Shown one piece after another: positions 29,563 to 40,488 of a stretch of DNA of 64,000 nucleotides; the stretch's first letter is position 1; each line of letters starts with the position of its first letter. The stretch comes from Candidatus Poribacteria bacterium. GTDB lineage: Bacteria > Poribacteria > WGA-4E > UBA9662. The notes below the pieces were generated by a model. That model searched no databases and was not told where the DNA came from. It saw nothing but the letters and a program-made list of their open reading frames with translations. Position numbers and translations under genes: made by a program. The stretch covers positions 89,136-153,135 of the forward strand of contig JAYGDX010000027.1 in assembly GCA_046582655.1 (NCBI GenBank), given 5' to 3'.

Positions 29563-30303
29563 TTAGTCCCATTCGAGTTGTAGGTTTACGGCGGCGTCTT
29601 CGGTAATGATCCAAGTAGCATCCGGATGCATCTGTAGGGAACTGGCAGGTATCGTAGCGGTAATAGGGCCTTCAATGGACTTAGCAATTGTCTCTGCTTT
29701 ATTCGATCCACTAGCTAAAAGCATAATTTTTCGGGCATCAAGAATGGTTCCGATTCCCATGGTAATTGCTTCGGTAGGAACATCTTCTTTTCGTTCAAAA
29801 AACCTAGAGTTATCGGAGATCGTGTTTTCTGTTAGTCTGACCTTTCGGGTTCGGGATGCCAGTGAGGATCCTGGTTCATTGAAACCAATATGTCCGTTAG
29901 TACCAATACCAAGCACTTGGTAATCAATACCTCCGATACCACAAATTGCCTTTTCATAATCTTTTCCCACTTCTTCAATATTTTCTGAGAGGCCGTTGGG
30001 AACAAAAGTACTGTCTTTGTTGATATTTATGTGATCGAAAAACTCCTGATTCATGAAATAGCGATAACTTTGATCGTGGGTTGCTTCTAATCCAACGTAC
30101 TCATCCAAATTGAAAGTAACGGTAGTTGAAAAATCAGGACCTGTTTCTTGGTTGCGACGGATTAATTCTTGGTAAAGTGGTATGGGAGTGCTTCCTGTAG
30201 CTAGCCCTAATACGTATGGTGTCTTATTTTTCATATCCGTCTCAATAAGATCTGCAGCTACTTGACCCATATGGTTTTTATCAGAAACTATAATTACCTT
30301 CAT
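29563..30303 (-). CDS. nagB: Glucosamine-6-phosphate deaminase
   Basis: LGLATGSTP, FNLDEYVGL, GIGTNGHIGFNEP, ITMGIGTI. Confidence 0.96.
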   Translation of the reverse strand: MKVIIVSDKNHMGQVAADLIETDMKNKTPYVLGLATGSTPIPLYQELIRRNQETGPDFSTTVTFNLDEYVGLEATHDQSYRYFMNQEFFDHININKDSTFVPNGLSENIEEVGKDYEKAICGIGGIDYQVLGIGTNGHIGFNEPGSSLASRTRKVRLTENTISDNSRFFERKEDVPTEAITMGIGTILDARKIMLLASGSNKAETIAKSIEGPITATIPASSLQMHPDATWIITEDAAVNLQLEWD

Positions 30304-30491
30304 ATTTAATTACCTAAGGGGATTCTAAAAATCTGAGGAAATGTTTATATTACCAGTACATGTCCCTATCTAATATCAAAATATCCTCCAGCACTATGGG
30401 AATTTTTCGGAACCCGGTAGGATATCGGATTATTACCGTAATCTACTAAAGATTTATAGGGTAGCTATTGTGGGCCCCTTCTTAAAGCTAA

Positions 30492-30521
30492 ATTATATTT
30501 ACTTCCTACTGGGGTTGTCAA
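30492..30521 (-). promoter_or_regulatory. Consensus sigma70 promoter for the nagB operon
   Basis: Minus strand TTGACA-18 bp-TATAAT, implying a 5' leader of about 180 nt. Confidence 0.7.
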
Positions 30522-30824
30522 GAAGTATGGTTAACTTCATCGGCCATCGACATTACAAAGTTAAGTTTAGAGCGTGAAAAGCTATGCGAGGTTACCTTGC
30601 ACTGCGTCTCTAAGAATTGAAGCGTTCCTAATGAGTTCTACGATTTTTGAAGTAGATAATTTGGTGAACATGAAGGATATTATTAGGTTTTTTTACTCTT
30701 TCCCCATTGCCTTTTAATCTGGTTGGGACTTCAACGTAGGCTCTAACTCGTCCAGAACTGTTTAGGATCTTAATACCTTGTATTTACAACTAGAGGTACT
30801 CTGAAGAGGTGTAGTTTAGTAATG

Positions 30825-31745
30825 TTAGGCTTGTAACAGGCAATTTTTCAGGAATTTCCCGCTTCGAGTCAAGCCCTCCAGCCGTCGATCGCCGCTAAAA
30901 ACCGGATCTTCGTGTTCAATCACTACTGGACATTCAATCTGCCGCTCGTGACACATGGCCAACAATTTCTGCCAATCGAAATGGGCGAAACCAGGTAGGC
31001 GATAGCGTCCCCAGTGTCCCCAGCCACTAGAACTTCGGCGGAATATGCCATCGTGTTTAACTCGACTGTCGAAAATTTCAGTATCCTTAGCATGAATAAT
31101 ATGTACACGATCGGCAAACTCGTTAAGTGCTGCATGGGCGTCAATCTTCTGCCAGATCAGATGGGATGGATCGAGTTCCAACCCCATGACTGATGAGGGC
31201 ACAGCCTCAAACATCAGGCCCCAGATTTCTGGTGTAACAGCCAGACTAGCGCCGTCGCCGAAGGGGCCACTACGCCGGTTACCCGGCCAATTCTCAAATG
31301 CGACTTTGATCCCTTTACTTTCGGCTAAATCAGCTACAGGTGAGTAGATCTCTTTGTAGCGGGCAACATTGCCCTCCAGACTGATTTCCGGATCATAACC
31401 TAAAGGTCCTGCACCAGCCATGATGGCATTATCCATTACCTTACAAACATCCATGATTTGGCCTAGTCGACCAAGTTCACCAGTAAGGTCATCTTTACTG
31501 GTTCGAATCGATGGCCACTGAATTAGGAATGAGGAAACGGTTAATCCGTTTTCACGCAATAGATTAAGTGCGCCTAAGCGTGCAGCTTGCGCCTGATCGG
31601 TATCCCCAGTCCACTCCATCGGTGGGCCGGAAATTTCAAGGCAGTTGAACGATGGATCAGCACTAGCAAACCTAACAATTTCTTGGCTGTAATTTGTCAA
31701 AAACCCCAGTTTCATAATTGACTCCTTTAAAATTGCATTCGACAT
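30825..31745 (-). CDS. Sugar phosphate isomerase/epimerase (xylose-isomerase-like TIM barrel)
   Basis: FENWP, GLELDPSHL, HAKDT, RYRLPG, IEHED; start may be 31715. Confidence 0.88.
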   Translation of the reverse strand: MSNAILKESIMKLGFLTNYSQEIVRFASADPSFNCLEISGPPMEWTGDTDQAQAARLGALNLLRENGLTVSSFLIQWPSIRTSKDDLTGELGRLGQIMDVCKVMDNAIMAGAGPLGYDPEISLEGNVARYKEIYSPVADLAESKGIKVAFENWPGNRRSGPFGDGASLAVTPEIWGLMFEAVPSSVMGLELDPSHLIWQKIDAHAALNEFADRVHIIHAKDTEIFDSRVKHDGIFRRSSSGWGHWGRYRLPGFAHFDWQKLLAMCHERQIECPVVIEHEDPVFSGDRRLEGLTRSGKFLKNCLLQA

Positions 31746-31759
31746 ATTATGGCGAATGA

Positions 31760-32090
31760 CTAATCCTCAGATAGATACTAGTTGAGGCATTTGACCATCT
31801 CTGAAATGTAGTTCGTCCCCTGGCTTTGGGTTTCCAAGATGTCAGGTCCATGACCTGCTTTGGGAATACGTAGGAACTTAATATTAACGCCTGCTTGACC
31901 AAGTGCTTCCGTGAACCTCTCCAGTTGCGAAATAAGAACCACCTCATCAATTTCTCCATGGATCAGCAGAAAAGGCGGATCGTTAGCTATAAATGGGAGA
32001 GGCTTCTACGGCCCACTTGTATTCGATCGACTTGGGGTCGGTTTGATGGTCAATACGTATTCCTAAGAACAGCGAACAGGTACTCCGGTC
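31760..32090 (-). pseudogene. C-terminal remnant of an alpha/beta-hydrolase (esterase/S9-like)
   Basis: Manual translation ...EASPI / DPPFLLIHGEIDEVV...GVNIKFLRIPKAGHG..., with a frameshift and no N-terminus. Confidence 0.7.
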
Positions 32091-32152
32091 TGGTATGTTA
32101 AGTATGGTCCGAACATAAGTGGACTCGATAGTGATATGCAAGGGATCCCGCG

Positions 32153-33382
32153 TCAATATGTGTTTGCTAGTGCGTTTGCCACTTTATTGATGGCTGTGGC
32201 CATATCGTTGATATCGGATACGTCCATGTGTTCGTGGATTCCCATTACAGCTACCGTGCCAAGTCCATGAACAGCATTGGGTACTAATTCTGGACCATAA
32301 TGATACTGGCGCGAGACGTAGGGACTGTTAAATGGGAAACCGCTGTTTCCATAGGTTTTCCCCTTGGTCAGAAATCCGCCGCGCATGTAGATTGGGTCTT
32401 TGATGTAATGAGGTGACACCGGAACACCTTCAGCGGTGACGGCACGACAGAACTCCCCTGCATCATGTTTAGTAATGTGGAAGATATAATTCCACCAAGA
32501 TACTTCCCTATCTTGTGGCAGAGGCACAGTTTCGATCCCTGGTGCCTCTGCGATCTGATTGGTGAGTCGTTTGCCCAGTGTCGCACGACGTTCGACTACT
32601 GATCGGACTTTTTCCAGTTGGGCAATACCAACGGCACCTTGCATTTCGGTCATTCGGTAGTTTGGGGCTAAAAAGGCATGATCGCGATCGCCCATATACT
32701 GATAGTCCCAGCCTTTATCGGAAAACAACTTGAGTCGGATATAAGTGTCTTCATCATTGGTGATGGTAAACCCACCATCACCAGTGGTCATATGTTTGGA
32801 CTGCTGAAGGCTGAAACAGCCCATGTGACCGAATGTACCGGCATAGCGACCTTTGTATTTGGTAGCGTGAGTTTGACTACAATCTTCGATCAAGATCAAA
32901 TTGTATTTTTCGGCAATTTTGATAACCTGGTCGATTTCACAAGGATGACCGAAAAGGTGTACCAAGACGATGGCACGGGTTCGGTCGGTAATGTTGGCTT
33001 CTATGGAGTCTGGTATCATGTTCAGCGATAGAGGATCGACATCGGCAAAAACGGGCACCGCATTCTGTATTAGGATTGGCATTACACTACCGGGATCAGT
33101 AATAGGGGCAGTGATGATCTCGTCACCTGGTTCGGGGTCAACAACGCCAATTGCTGTGTGAATGGCTGCTGTCCCACTGGTCGAGGCCTGGGCATGATTT
33201 GTGCCGTAAAAAGTGGCAACTCGCTGTTCAAATTCTTTGACAAAGGTGCCACTTTTGCCAAACAAGTTTTGGCTCCGTACGGCCTGCAAGAGCAATTCTT
33301 CCTCTCTTTTTCCAAACGGCGTCCGTCTGGGAAACGGAGTGTGTCGCACTTTTTCTCCACCATTAATGGCTAGTGTTGTCAT
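32153..33382 (-). CDS. DegT/DnrJ/EryC1/StrS PLP aminotransferase
   Basis: SGTAAIH, IEDCSQ, FSLQQSKHMTTGDGG, NYRMTE. Confidence 0.93.
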   Translation of the reverse strand: MTTLAINGGEKVRHTPFPRRTPFGKREEELLLQAVRSQNLFGKSGTFVKEFEQRVATFYGTNHAQASTSGTAAIHTAIGVVDPEPGDEIITAPITDPGSVMPILIQNAVPVFADVDPLSLNMIPDSIEANITDRTRAIVLVHLFGHPCEIDQVIKIAEKYNLILIEDCSQTHATKYKGRYAGTFGHMGCFSLQQSKHMTTGDGGFTITNDEDTYIRLKLFSDKGWDYQYMGDRDHAFLAPNYRMTEMQGAVGIAQLEKVRSVVERRATLGKRLTNQIAEAPGIETVPLPQDREVSWWNYIFHITKHDAGEFCRAVTAEGVPVSPHYIKDPIYMRGGFLTKGKTYGNSGFPFNSPYVSRQYHYGPELVPNAVHGLGTVAVMGIHEHMDVSDINDMATAINKVANALANTY

Positions 33383-33539
33383 GACTGTACCAAAGTTGAG
33401 TTTTTCTTATTCTACCAGATATTATCAGATAGGACAATTATCTATAGAAGAAGGTTAATACATGATAATATTTAGGATAAAGGCCTCTCAACTTTAGAGT
33501 AAATATTATCATGAGTAATATGTTCCAGGACGTAAAGAT

Positions 33540-34844
33540 ATGAAAGTCGCATTCGGCAAGGTTTCAATCACGCCGCCCATCAATAACACCTTTCCCGATT
33601 TTTTCTTTCAGCCGGAGGGTGTGTTGGACGAGATTTACGCCAGAGCGGCTATCCTAGATGCAGGTTCGTCACCAGTCATCATCGTGGCATTGGATGTTCT
33701 TGGCGTTGGTGTAGCCGAGGTTGCGGACTTAGAGACAGCTCTCTCCGACAAAATCGGGATTGCTACTGAGCGGGTATGGATAGCTGGAAGTCACAGTCAT
33801 TCGGCACCAATTTTGTGCCCAATTGATCTCTATGGCGGATTCAGCCCTTATTTAACCGGACTGAAAGATCGTCTGGTCAGCTTAATTGACGATTTATTGC
33901 TTCGGTTGCAACCTGTCACTATCCATTTCGGTCGATCGACCTGCGACTTTAACGTCAATCGTCGCCGGATTGATGAAAACGGCAACTGCAGTATGGCTCC
34001 TAATCCGAATGGGATAGTTGATAAAAGTGTGCCGGTGATTAGCTGTCGCAATGTTGACAACACTCTGATCGGTGTCCTCTTCAGTTACTGTTGTCATCCG
34101 ACCATTCTACTGGGGCCCAAAATTTCCGGCGACTATCCAGGTTGGTCACAACTCATACTGGAAGAAGAATACGACTCGGCAGTGGCTCTATTTCTTCCCG
34201 GTGTTTTTGGTAATGTTAGACCTCATCTCGACGCAGGAGATCGTTTCCGGTCAGGAACCGAAGCAGATGTTATCTCATGCGGTCAGGAGTTGGCGGAAGC
34301 CGTGCAGGACGGTCTGCAAAATTGTCGCGATCTGTCGATTGATACCATCCACACTTGGCGAAGTAAACCTCAACTGCCGATTGCCAACCCACTATCAAAA
34401 GATGAACTGGACCAGATAGCAACCCAGTCAATCAAATCTCAAAGACAGAGCGATTCGCCTGGGTTTTGGAAAGGTGGATTTCATGTTGCCCAACGACAAT
34501 GGGTACAGCAGGTTCGATTAGAACAAGCAGAGGACCGTGTGTCAACTCATCAACCCTACACTTTTTCAAGGTTGCAACTGGGTGAGTTGAATTGGATTGG
34601 ACTGTCTGGTGAGTTCTTCTTGGAATACGGTGTTTATGCCCAGCAGCTAGGAGATGCTGAGACCACACTGGCATTCGGGTACACGCAGGGATGCCAAACC
34701 TACGTGCCGACAGCCGAAGCCCTGACGCAAGGTGGATATGAAGTTGAGGCTTACAAACGCTGGAAACAGAGTGCTCCCTTCGAGCCAGAAGTGGAAGAAG
34801 TGGTCAAAAAAGCTATTGCCGATCTGATGGTACGTCAACCTTAA
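33540..34844 (+). CDS. Neutral/alkaline ceramidase-like amidohydrolase
   Basis: ITPP, SHSHSAP, NVNRR, CHPT...SGDYPG, GEFF, YVPT...GGYE. Confidence 0.8.
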   Translation: MKVAFGKVSITPPINNTFPDFFFQPEGVLDEIYARAAILDAGSSPVIIVALDVLGVGVAEVADLETALSDKIGIATERVWIAGSHSHSAPILCPIDLYGGFSPYLTGLKDRLVSLIDDLLLRLQPVTIHFGRSTCDFNVNRRRIDENGNCSMAPNPNGIVDKSVPVISCRNVDNTLIGVLFSYCCHPTILLGPKISGDYPGWSQLILEEEYDSAVALFLPGVFGNVRPHLDAGDRFRSGTEADVISCGQELAEAVQDGLQNCRDLSIDTIHTWRSKPQLPIANPLSKDELDQIATQSIKSQRQSDSPGFWKGGFHVAQRQWVQQVRLEQAEDRVSTHQPYTFSRLQLGELNWIGLSGEFFLEYGVYAQQLGDAETTLAFGYTQGCQTYVPTAEALTQGGYEVEAYKRWKQSAPFEPEVEEVVKKAIADLMVRQP

Positions 34845-35041
34845 CTATTTTGAATTGATGTTAATGTTGTGATTTGATAAACAATGAAATCGATGGTAAT
34901 GCAGTGGCATGAGGGGGAGATTGTTGGTTTCTTATCAGGGGCTGACCCTGGTCGTAAATATCAGCATAGTGATTTTATAGAACAGATGTCAAGTTTGAAT
35001 CGAATGCTCAGTTTGCGGCTTCATTAGATAGCAATGTTGAA

Positions 35042-35400
35042 ATGGTGCGGATGCTGGAGATTGGGACCACGCCCTGCGGGGAACTTGACAAGATTGAGGC
35101 GGGTCCCGTGGTTAGTGCGCATTGGTTGCCAAGCATACTGATTGGGAAATCCAAGTTCATCATACGTGCCAGAAGGAATTCGATGGCTCCGGATATGTGC
35201 AATAACGGTCTTTTGCTGGTTGACCCAGCACATGAGGTCAATAACGATGATTTTTCATCGTGCAAGTTAATGACGAAATTACTGCTATGGGAGTGATACA
35301 GCCAGGAAATCGCATGATTTTGATGCCACATAGAGATCAAATGGTTATGGTCAACAGAAATTCGGTTATGTTACCACCATGATTCGAACATTCAGCAGGT
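35042..35400 (+). pseudogene. LexA/S24 peptidase-like remnant
   Basis: IGTTPCG...FIIRARRNSMAPD...LLLVDP, then frameshift to IVQVNDEIT; catalytic Lys not seen. Confidence 0.5.
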
Positions 35401-35467
35401 TAATGCAGACATGGATAGCTAAAAGAGGAACGGAACCGAGACAATTTGCAAATAAAAATACTCTGCC

Positions 35468-36391
35468 GTGCGAAATAATTCATCGGTCTTTCAATTCGGG
35501 CTAATCTCAGATATTCATAAGGATGTTATCCATGATGCGGACGGTCGTCTGCGCACCTTTATCCAGTCTGCGCAGACCAATCAGGTAGATTTTATCCTAC
35601 AGATGGGAGACTTTTGCATCCCAATCCCAGAGAATCTGCCTTTTTTGGATATCTGGTACCAGTTTGAAGGACCCAAATATCATGTTCTTGGCAATCACGA
35701 TATGGATGGTGATGGGCACCAAAAGCCAGATGGAGCTTACGCATTCACGCCAGAAGAAACAATGACCTTCTGGGGAATGCCGACGAGGTACTATGCTTTT
35801 GATCATGCAGGCGTTCATTTTATAATCTTAGACGGCAACGACAAACCTGTAGATCCAAGTGGTTATTATGAATATATTGCACCAGATCAAATTGATTGGC
35901 TAAAATCGGATCTGACCAACACAGACCTTCCTGTAATCATCTTTTGTCACCAAAATCTAGCCCGCCAGGACGGTTTGGTCAATCAGCCGGAAGTTCACGC
36001 TGTTTTTGATGGTGCCAATAAACAAGTGGGGAAATCAAAGATAATCGCCTGTTTTACCGGCCACGACCACCGAGACTACGTACGTCAACTGGATGGGATT
36101 ATCTATGCTCAGATCAATAGCGCCTCCTACCACTGGTTGGGAGGTGATTACATTTGTCAAAGGTATAGCCAGAAGATCGATGTCCAGTACCCGTATATCA
36201 AGTATACTTTGCCTTACAGAAATGCACTTTATGCTATCGTAACAGTCAACATGGCTGAGCGATTCATCAAGATTGAAGGTATAGAAAGCGAATTTGTCGG
36301 TCCACCTCCTTGGGAATTGGATGATACGCCCAAGAATTTGGATACTGAATCATTAAATCCTGCAATTTCAGGTTGGCAGTTATCATTCTGA
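35468..36391 (+). CDS. Calcineurin-like metallophosphoesterase
   Basis: SDIH, GDF, GNHD, FCH, GHDH. Confidence 0.9.
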   Translation: MRNNSSVFQFGLISDIHKDVIHDADGRLRTFIQSAQTNQVDFILQMGDFCIPIPENLPFLDIWYQFEGPKYHVLGNHDMDGDGHQKPDGAYAFTPEETMTFWGMPTRYYAFDHAGVHFIILDGNDKPVDPSGYYEYIAPDQIDWLKSDLTNTDLPVIIFCHQNLARQDGLVNQPEVHAVFDGANKQVGKSKIIACFTGHDHRDYVRQLDGIIYAQINSASYHWLGGDYICQRYSQKIDVQYPYIKYTLPYRNALYAIVTVNMAERFIKIEGIESEFVGPPPWELDDTPKNLDTESLNPAISGWQLSF

Positions 36392-36569
36392 TGGCGATAT
36401 GGTGAAAAATAAGCGTGTATGAATACTCTGCTGTGGAATCTATTTTGAACGGATTGATTGACTGAATATGGGTTATGAAAGGTGTTGGCATATGTCAAAC
36501 AGATGGAAACATCCTGCATGATTATCATTCGTTATATTCAAATATAAAGGTGGTTGAGGAAAGTCTCAA

Positions 36570-37778
36570 ATGAATGAAAAGCAACGTCGAGATATTCTTA
36601 AAATGTATAGACCCCAACAATTGTTTCCTGCCGAACCCAACTTGGGAGCTTGGTACACAGAAGAAGAGGTAAAGGTTGCCACAAAGGCCATTCGTGATTC
36701 CATGGACTGGCGGATTGGATTTGGATTCATCGTTGATGAAATCCTTGACTTCGAGCAGTCCTTTGCCAATTATTGTGGCACTGAATTCGCAATTTCACTT
36801 AGTACTGCGAGTGTTGGACTCGATCTAGCGATGGGCAGTCTTGATTTGGAACCAGGAGATGAGGTTATCTGTCCAGCTATCAATTTCAAAGCGTCACCGC
36901 TAGCTGTGTTGGGGCAACGAGCGAATCTGGTGTTTTGCGAGATCGACCCACGCACTTTTAACTGTGACCCTGCTGACCTTGAACAACGGATTACTCCGAA
37001 AACACGAGCGATCTTTCCAGTTCACATGAATGGTCTTTCTGCACCAATGGATGATCTATTGGATATCGCCGAGTGTCATCCACACCCGATTCACGGCCCT
37101 CTGAAAGTGATTGGCGACGCAGCCCGTGCTTGTGGTGGTGGATATAAAGAAACCAAGGTTGGAAAGAAAGGTTGGATGAACGTGTTCAGCTTCCACACAA
37201 TGAAACTGATGACGACGCTTGGGGAGGGTGGTATGATTACTACAGATGATGCAGAATTGGCAAAACGCTTACGCGGGATTCGGCAGTGGGGCAATGATTC
37301 TGGAACTTGGGGATCAAGCTATAAGATGACCAAAGTGCAAGCGGCTGTAGGGAGCGTGCAGTTACGTCGTCTTGATGCTATGATCGAGCAACGTGTGAAA
37401 CGCGCCCACGACCGCTTGCAGATGTTAGAAGGGATACCGGAACTTACTTTAACATTTGAACCGCCAGACTGTGATCATACATTCTATTTATTTACGCTGT
37501 TAGTTCCCCCCAAATGGGGAGGAGAAAAGCGGGATCGGCTTTGTCAAATGCTTCGGGAGGAATATAACGTTGGCACGATGGTGGCAAATCCTCCTGTTTG
37601 GGAAGCCCAACCGTACATTCATGCGCAAACCGCCGGTCAGATAGAAACGCTCCCAGTCTCGGTGGAAACGGCGAAACGATTATTTTGTATCTCGTTGCAT
37701 CCATTAATGAATGAGGAGGAAAACACATATGTCGCCGCTGCCATTTGGGATGCAGTTGAGAGGGTGAGAAAGATATAG
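36570..37778 (+). CDS. DegT/DnrJ/EryC1/StrS PLP aminotransferase
   Basis: PGDEVI, PVHMNG, DAARACG, FSFHTMKLMTTLGEGG; GAGGA RBS. Confidence 0.92.
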   Translation: MNEKQRRDILKMYRPQQLFPAEPNLGAWYTEEEVKVATKAIRDSMDWRIGFGFIVDEILDFEQSFANYCGTEFAISLSTASVGLDLAMGSLDLEPGDEVICPAINFKASPLAVLGQRANLVFCEIDPRTFNCDPADLEQRITPKTRAIFPVHMNGLSAPMDDLLDIAECHPHPIHGPLKVIGDAARACGGGYKETKVGKKGWMNVFSFHTMKLMTTLGEGGMITTDDAELAKRLRGIRQWGNDSGTWGSSYKMTKVQAAVGSVQLRRLDAMIEQRVKRAHDRLQMLEGIPELTLTFEPPDCDHTFYLFTLLVPPKWGGEKRDRLCQMLREEYNVGTMVANPPVWEAQPYIHAQTAGQIETLPVSVETAKRLFCISLHPLMNEEENTYVAAAIWDAVERVRKI

Positions 37779-38754
37779 ATTTTTGGGTGCTAATCGCAAT
37801 TGTCGCTAACAGAAATATCTTCCTTACTTCATTGGAGAGGGCGGCATCATACAAATCCGAACGGGTGCTTGATGGAATTGTTGTTCAGGGATTAAACATA
37901 GTCTTGACCAAGAAGTTTATTTTATAAAACTAGTATTTATTCAATTGTTATTGTCATTTGAGTACCATATGGCCCGAATGTCTGATTAGGTTTTAGACAA
38001 AGAAGTTGCAGCATGGTACTCGCCTGATTCTGTTTACAGTTTAACGTCTCACCCATTTGGCACGCTTCATATTGGACATCAGCAAGTTAGTAAGTTGTGC
38101 TCTCTCCAAAACAATCAGGAATGATGGCGTCAACTGGAGATTGACCATGTCCAGCTTTTGGTTGACGATCTCTCTTGCATCTACTATCATCAACGTGAGT
38201 AGGAACTTCCAGACCTACTGAGTTCATCTATCTAAATGGTCTCCACTTATAGAATACCTATTAGATACTCCTAGATGTATAATAAATTTACTGTCATAAT
38301 CGGGCCGGATATAACCATCCGCGACTTGCTAGAACTAGATGAAGTCTTCCGGTCTAGATCCTTGTCCGGATGCACACTGAGCGACACCGAAATCTGTAAC
38401 TCAAATTATTGCTGAACCGGATTTAGACCACTGTCCAATTGGATTCTTGTTTCAGGAAGAGGACCCTACACTGAGAAGAAGAACACTATTTCGTTGGAAG
38501 GGGAGGCCTCTACCTGTGCCTGATTGAGGGTAAGGAGGACAAAAAGGGGGCTTTTTAATGCCAAGAGTGAGGGTGCAATTATCACTCAGGATGGTGTTTG
38601 ATAGACCACCGAATGGAAGCATGTGTACGAAATTTATCCCCGGTGCATTGCCAACGTGGATGACAAGTATTGTAATGATGCATGAAGCGACTTGATTTTC
38701 CGTAGTCAAGATATAAGGCGCGATTATCTTGCTACTAACTTCAGAGGACAGGAA

Positions 38755-40362
38755 ATGACTTACCAAACGCTAGATACATTGAGATTTGATAATCGCTTTA
38801 CCCTTGACCTGCCTGCCGATCCCGAAACTGAAAACTACTGTCGGCAGGTAAGGAGGGCTTGTTATTCCCACGTAAAACCAACGAAAGTCTCACAACCACA
38901 ACTCATCGCCTACACAAGAGAGGTAGCCGATATACTAAATCTAACTAGCGAGGAGTGCGAATTGCCTGACTTTGTGCAAGTCTTTTCGGGTAATCGTTTA
39001 CTAGAGGGGATGACCCCCTACGCCACCTGTTATGGTGGCCACCAGTTTGGTCACTGGGCAGGGCAACTTGGTGATGGTCGTGCAATAAATTTGGGCGAGG
39101 TCATCAACCAACAGGGAAAAAGATGGGCACTACAACTCAAGGGTGCAGGCCAGACTCCTTATTCGCGGAGGGCTGATGGCTTGGCTGTTTTACGCTCATC
39201 GGTACGCGAATTCTTATGCAGTGAAGCGATGTACCATTTGGGAATCCCCACCACACGAGCCTTAAGTCTGATATTGACTGGCGAAAAAGTTGTCCGCGAT
39301 ATGTTTTATGATGGTAATCCTAAGCTTGAGCTTGGAGCAATTGTCTGCCGAGTGGCTCCCTCGTTTACGCGCTTTGGCAGTTTTCAGATTTTTACAGCTC
39401 GTGGGGAAACTGACGTGTTACAGCAGCTAATGGATTACACCATCCGCACCGATTTCTCTCATCTAGGAGAACCATCGCCAGAAGTCTATCTAGCTTGGTT
39501 TCAGGAAGTCTGCCAGCGGACAGCTGAGCTGATTGTCCACTGGACGCGGGTGGGATTTGTCCACGGCGTCATGAATACTGATAACATGTCCATTCTAGGT
39601 CTGACAATTGACTACGGCCCCTATGGTTGGCTGGATGATTATGCCCCTAACTGGACACCTAATACCACCGATGCCGAGGGGAGACGTTACTGTTTCGACA
39701 AACAGTCTCATATTGCTCACTGGAACTTGGTTCAGCTAGCACAAACGGTTTATCCTCTGATTAAGCAGACAGAGCCATTGCAAAGCATTTTAGACAGTTA
39801 TGCGAAAGAATTTGAGTGCGGTTGGCGAAAAATGATGGTCCAAAAACTGGGGCTGAACACCTTCAAGCCAGCAACTGACGAGGCGTTAGTGACTGAACTG
39901 CTTGCTATCCTACAGTTAGTTGAAACCGACATGACCATTTTCTACCGCCGACTTGCCTTGATTGACGCCGAAGTTGGATCATTTTCTGACATGAACGAGG
40001 CAACATTCATGGAACCCATCATGGATGCATATTATCAACCAGAGCAGCTAACTAGCAACGATGTAATGCGTATCGAGAATTGGATATGTAGCTACATAGA
40101 ACGAGTTCGCCAAGATGGAATCTCAAATGAGACAAGACGAATGCGAATGAACAGCGTAAATCCAAATTATGTTCTGCGTAACTATATGGCCCAGCTGGCT
40201 ATCGATAAAGCAGAACAAGGAGACAATTCTATGATAAATGAATTGCTGGAATTACTCCGCTATCCTTACGATGAACAACTCGAAAAACGAGAATATGCAG
40301 TAAAACGTCCTGAATGGGCTCGCCATCGCGCAGGTTGCTCGATGCTTTCATGTAGCTCTTGA
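38755..40362 (+). CDS. selO: Protein adenylyltransferase SelO (YdiU family)
   Basis: YGGHQFG..AGQLGDGRA, QLKGAG.TPYSR..DG, HGVMNTDN, DYGPYG, C-terminal LSCSS. Confidence 0.95.
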   Translation: MTYQTLDTLRFDNRFTLDLPADPETENYCRQVRRACYSHVKPTKVSQPQLIAYTREVADILNLTSEECELPDFVQVFSGNRLLEGMTPYATCYGGHQFGHWAGQLGDGRAINLGEVINQQGKRWALQLKGAGQTPYSRRADGLAVLRSSVREFLCSEAMYHLGIPTTRALSLILTGEKVVRDMFYDGNPKLELGAIVCRVAPSFTRFGSFQIFTARGETDVLQQLMDYTIRTDFSHLGEPSPEVYLAWFQEVCQRTAELIVHWTRVGFVHGVMNTDNMSILGLTIDYGPYGWLDDYAPNWTPNTTDAEGRRYCFDKQSHIAHWNLVQLAQTVYPLIKQTEPLQSILDSYAKEFECGWRKMMVQKLGLNTFKPATDEALVTELLAILQLVETDMTIFYRRLALIDAEVGSFSDMNEATFMEPIMDAYYQPEQLTSNDVMRIENWICSYIERVRQDGISNETRRMRMNSVNPNYVLRNYMAQLAIDKAEQGDNSMINELLELLRYPYDEQLEKREYAVKRPEWARHRAGCSMLSCSS

Positions 40363-40488
40363 ATACGAAGCTCCCAGTGTCCTATTTAGTTTCTTGCCAA
40401 TTAGGAAATGGAATTGTTAGTTTTGACACAGAATCTAGGATGAAGTTATCAAATCATATTGGGCTGACGGCCTTGCCAGCCCAAAGAG

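Noticed and set aside
30304..30490. glmS ribozyme or 6S RNA upstream of nagB
   Set aside because: The glmS core (AGCGC...GACGAGG) is absent, and the arms are too asymmetric for a typical 6S rod.
37800..38690. Possible gene remnants between the DegT gene and selO
   Set aside because: Only short stop-ridden frames; no family could be recognised with confidence.
40330..40400. Selenocysteine read-through in SelO (TGA stop)
   Set aside because: The Sec-equivalent position is already Cys (LSCSS), and TGA falls at the normal family C-terminus.
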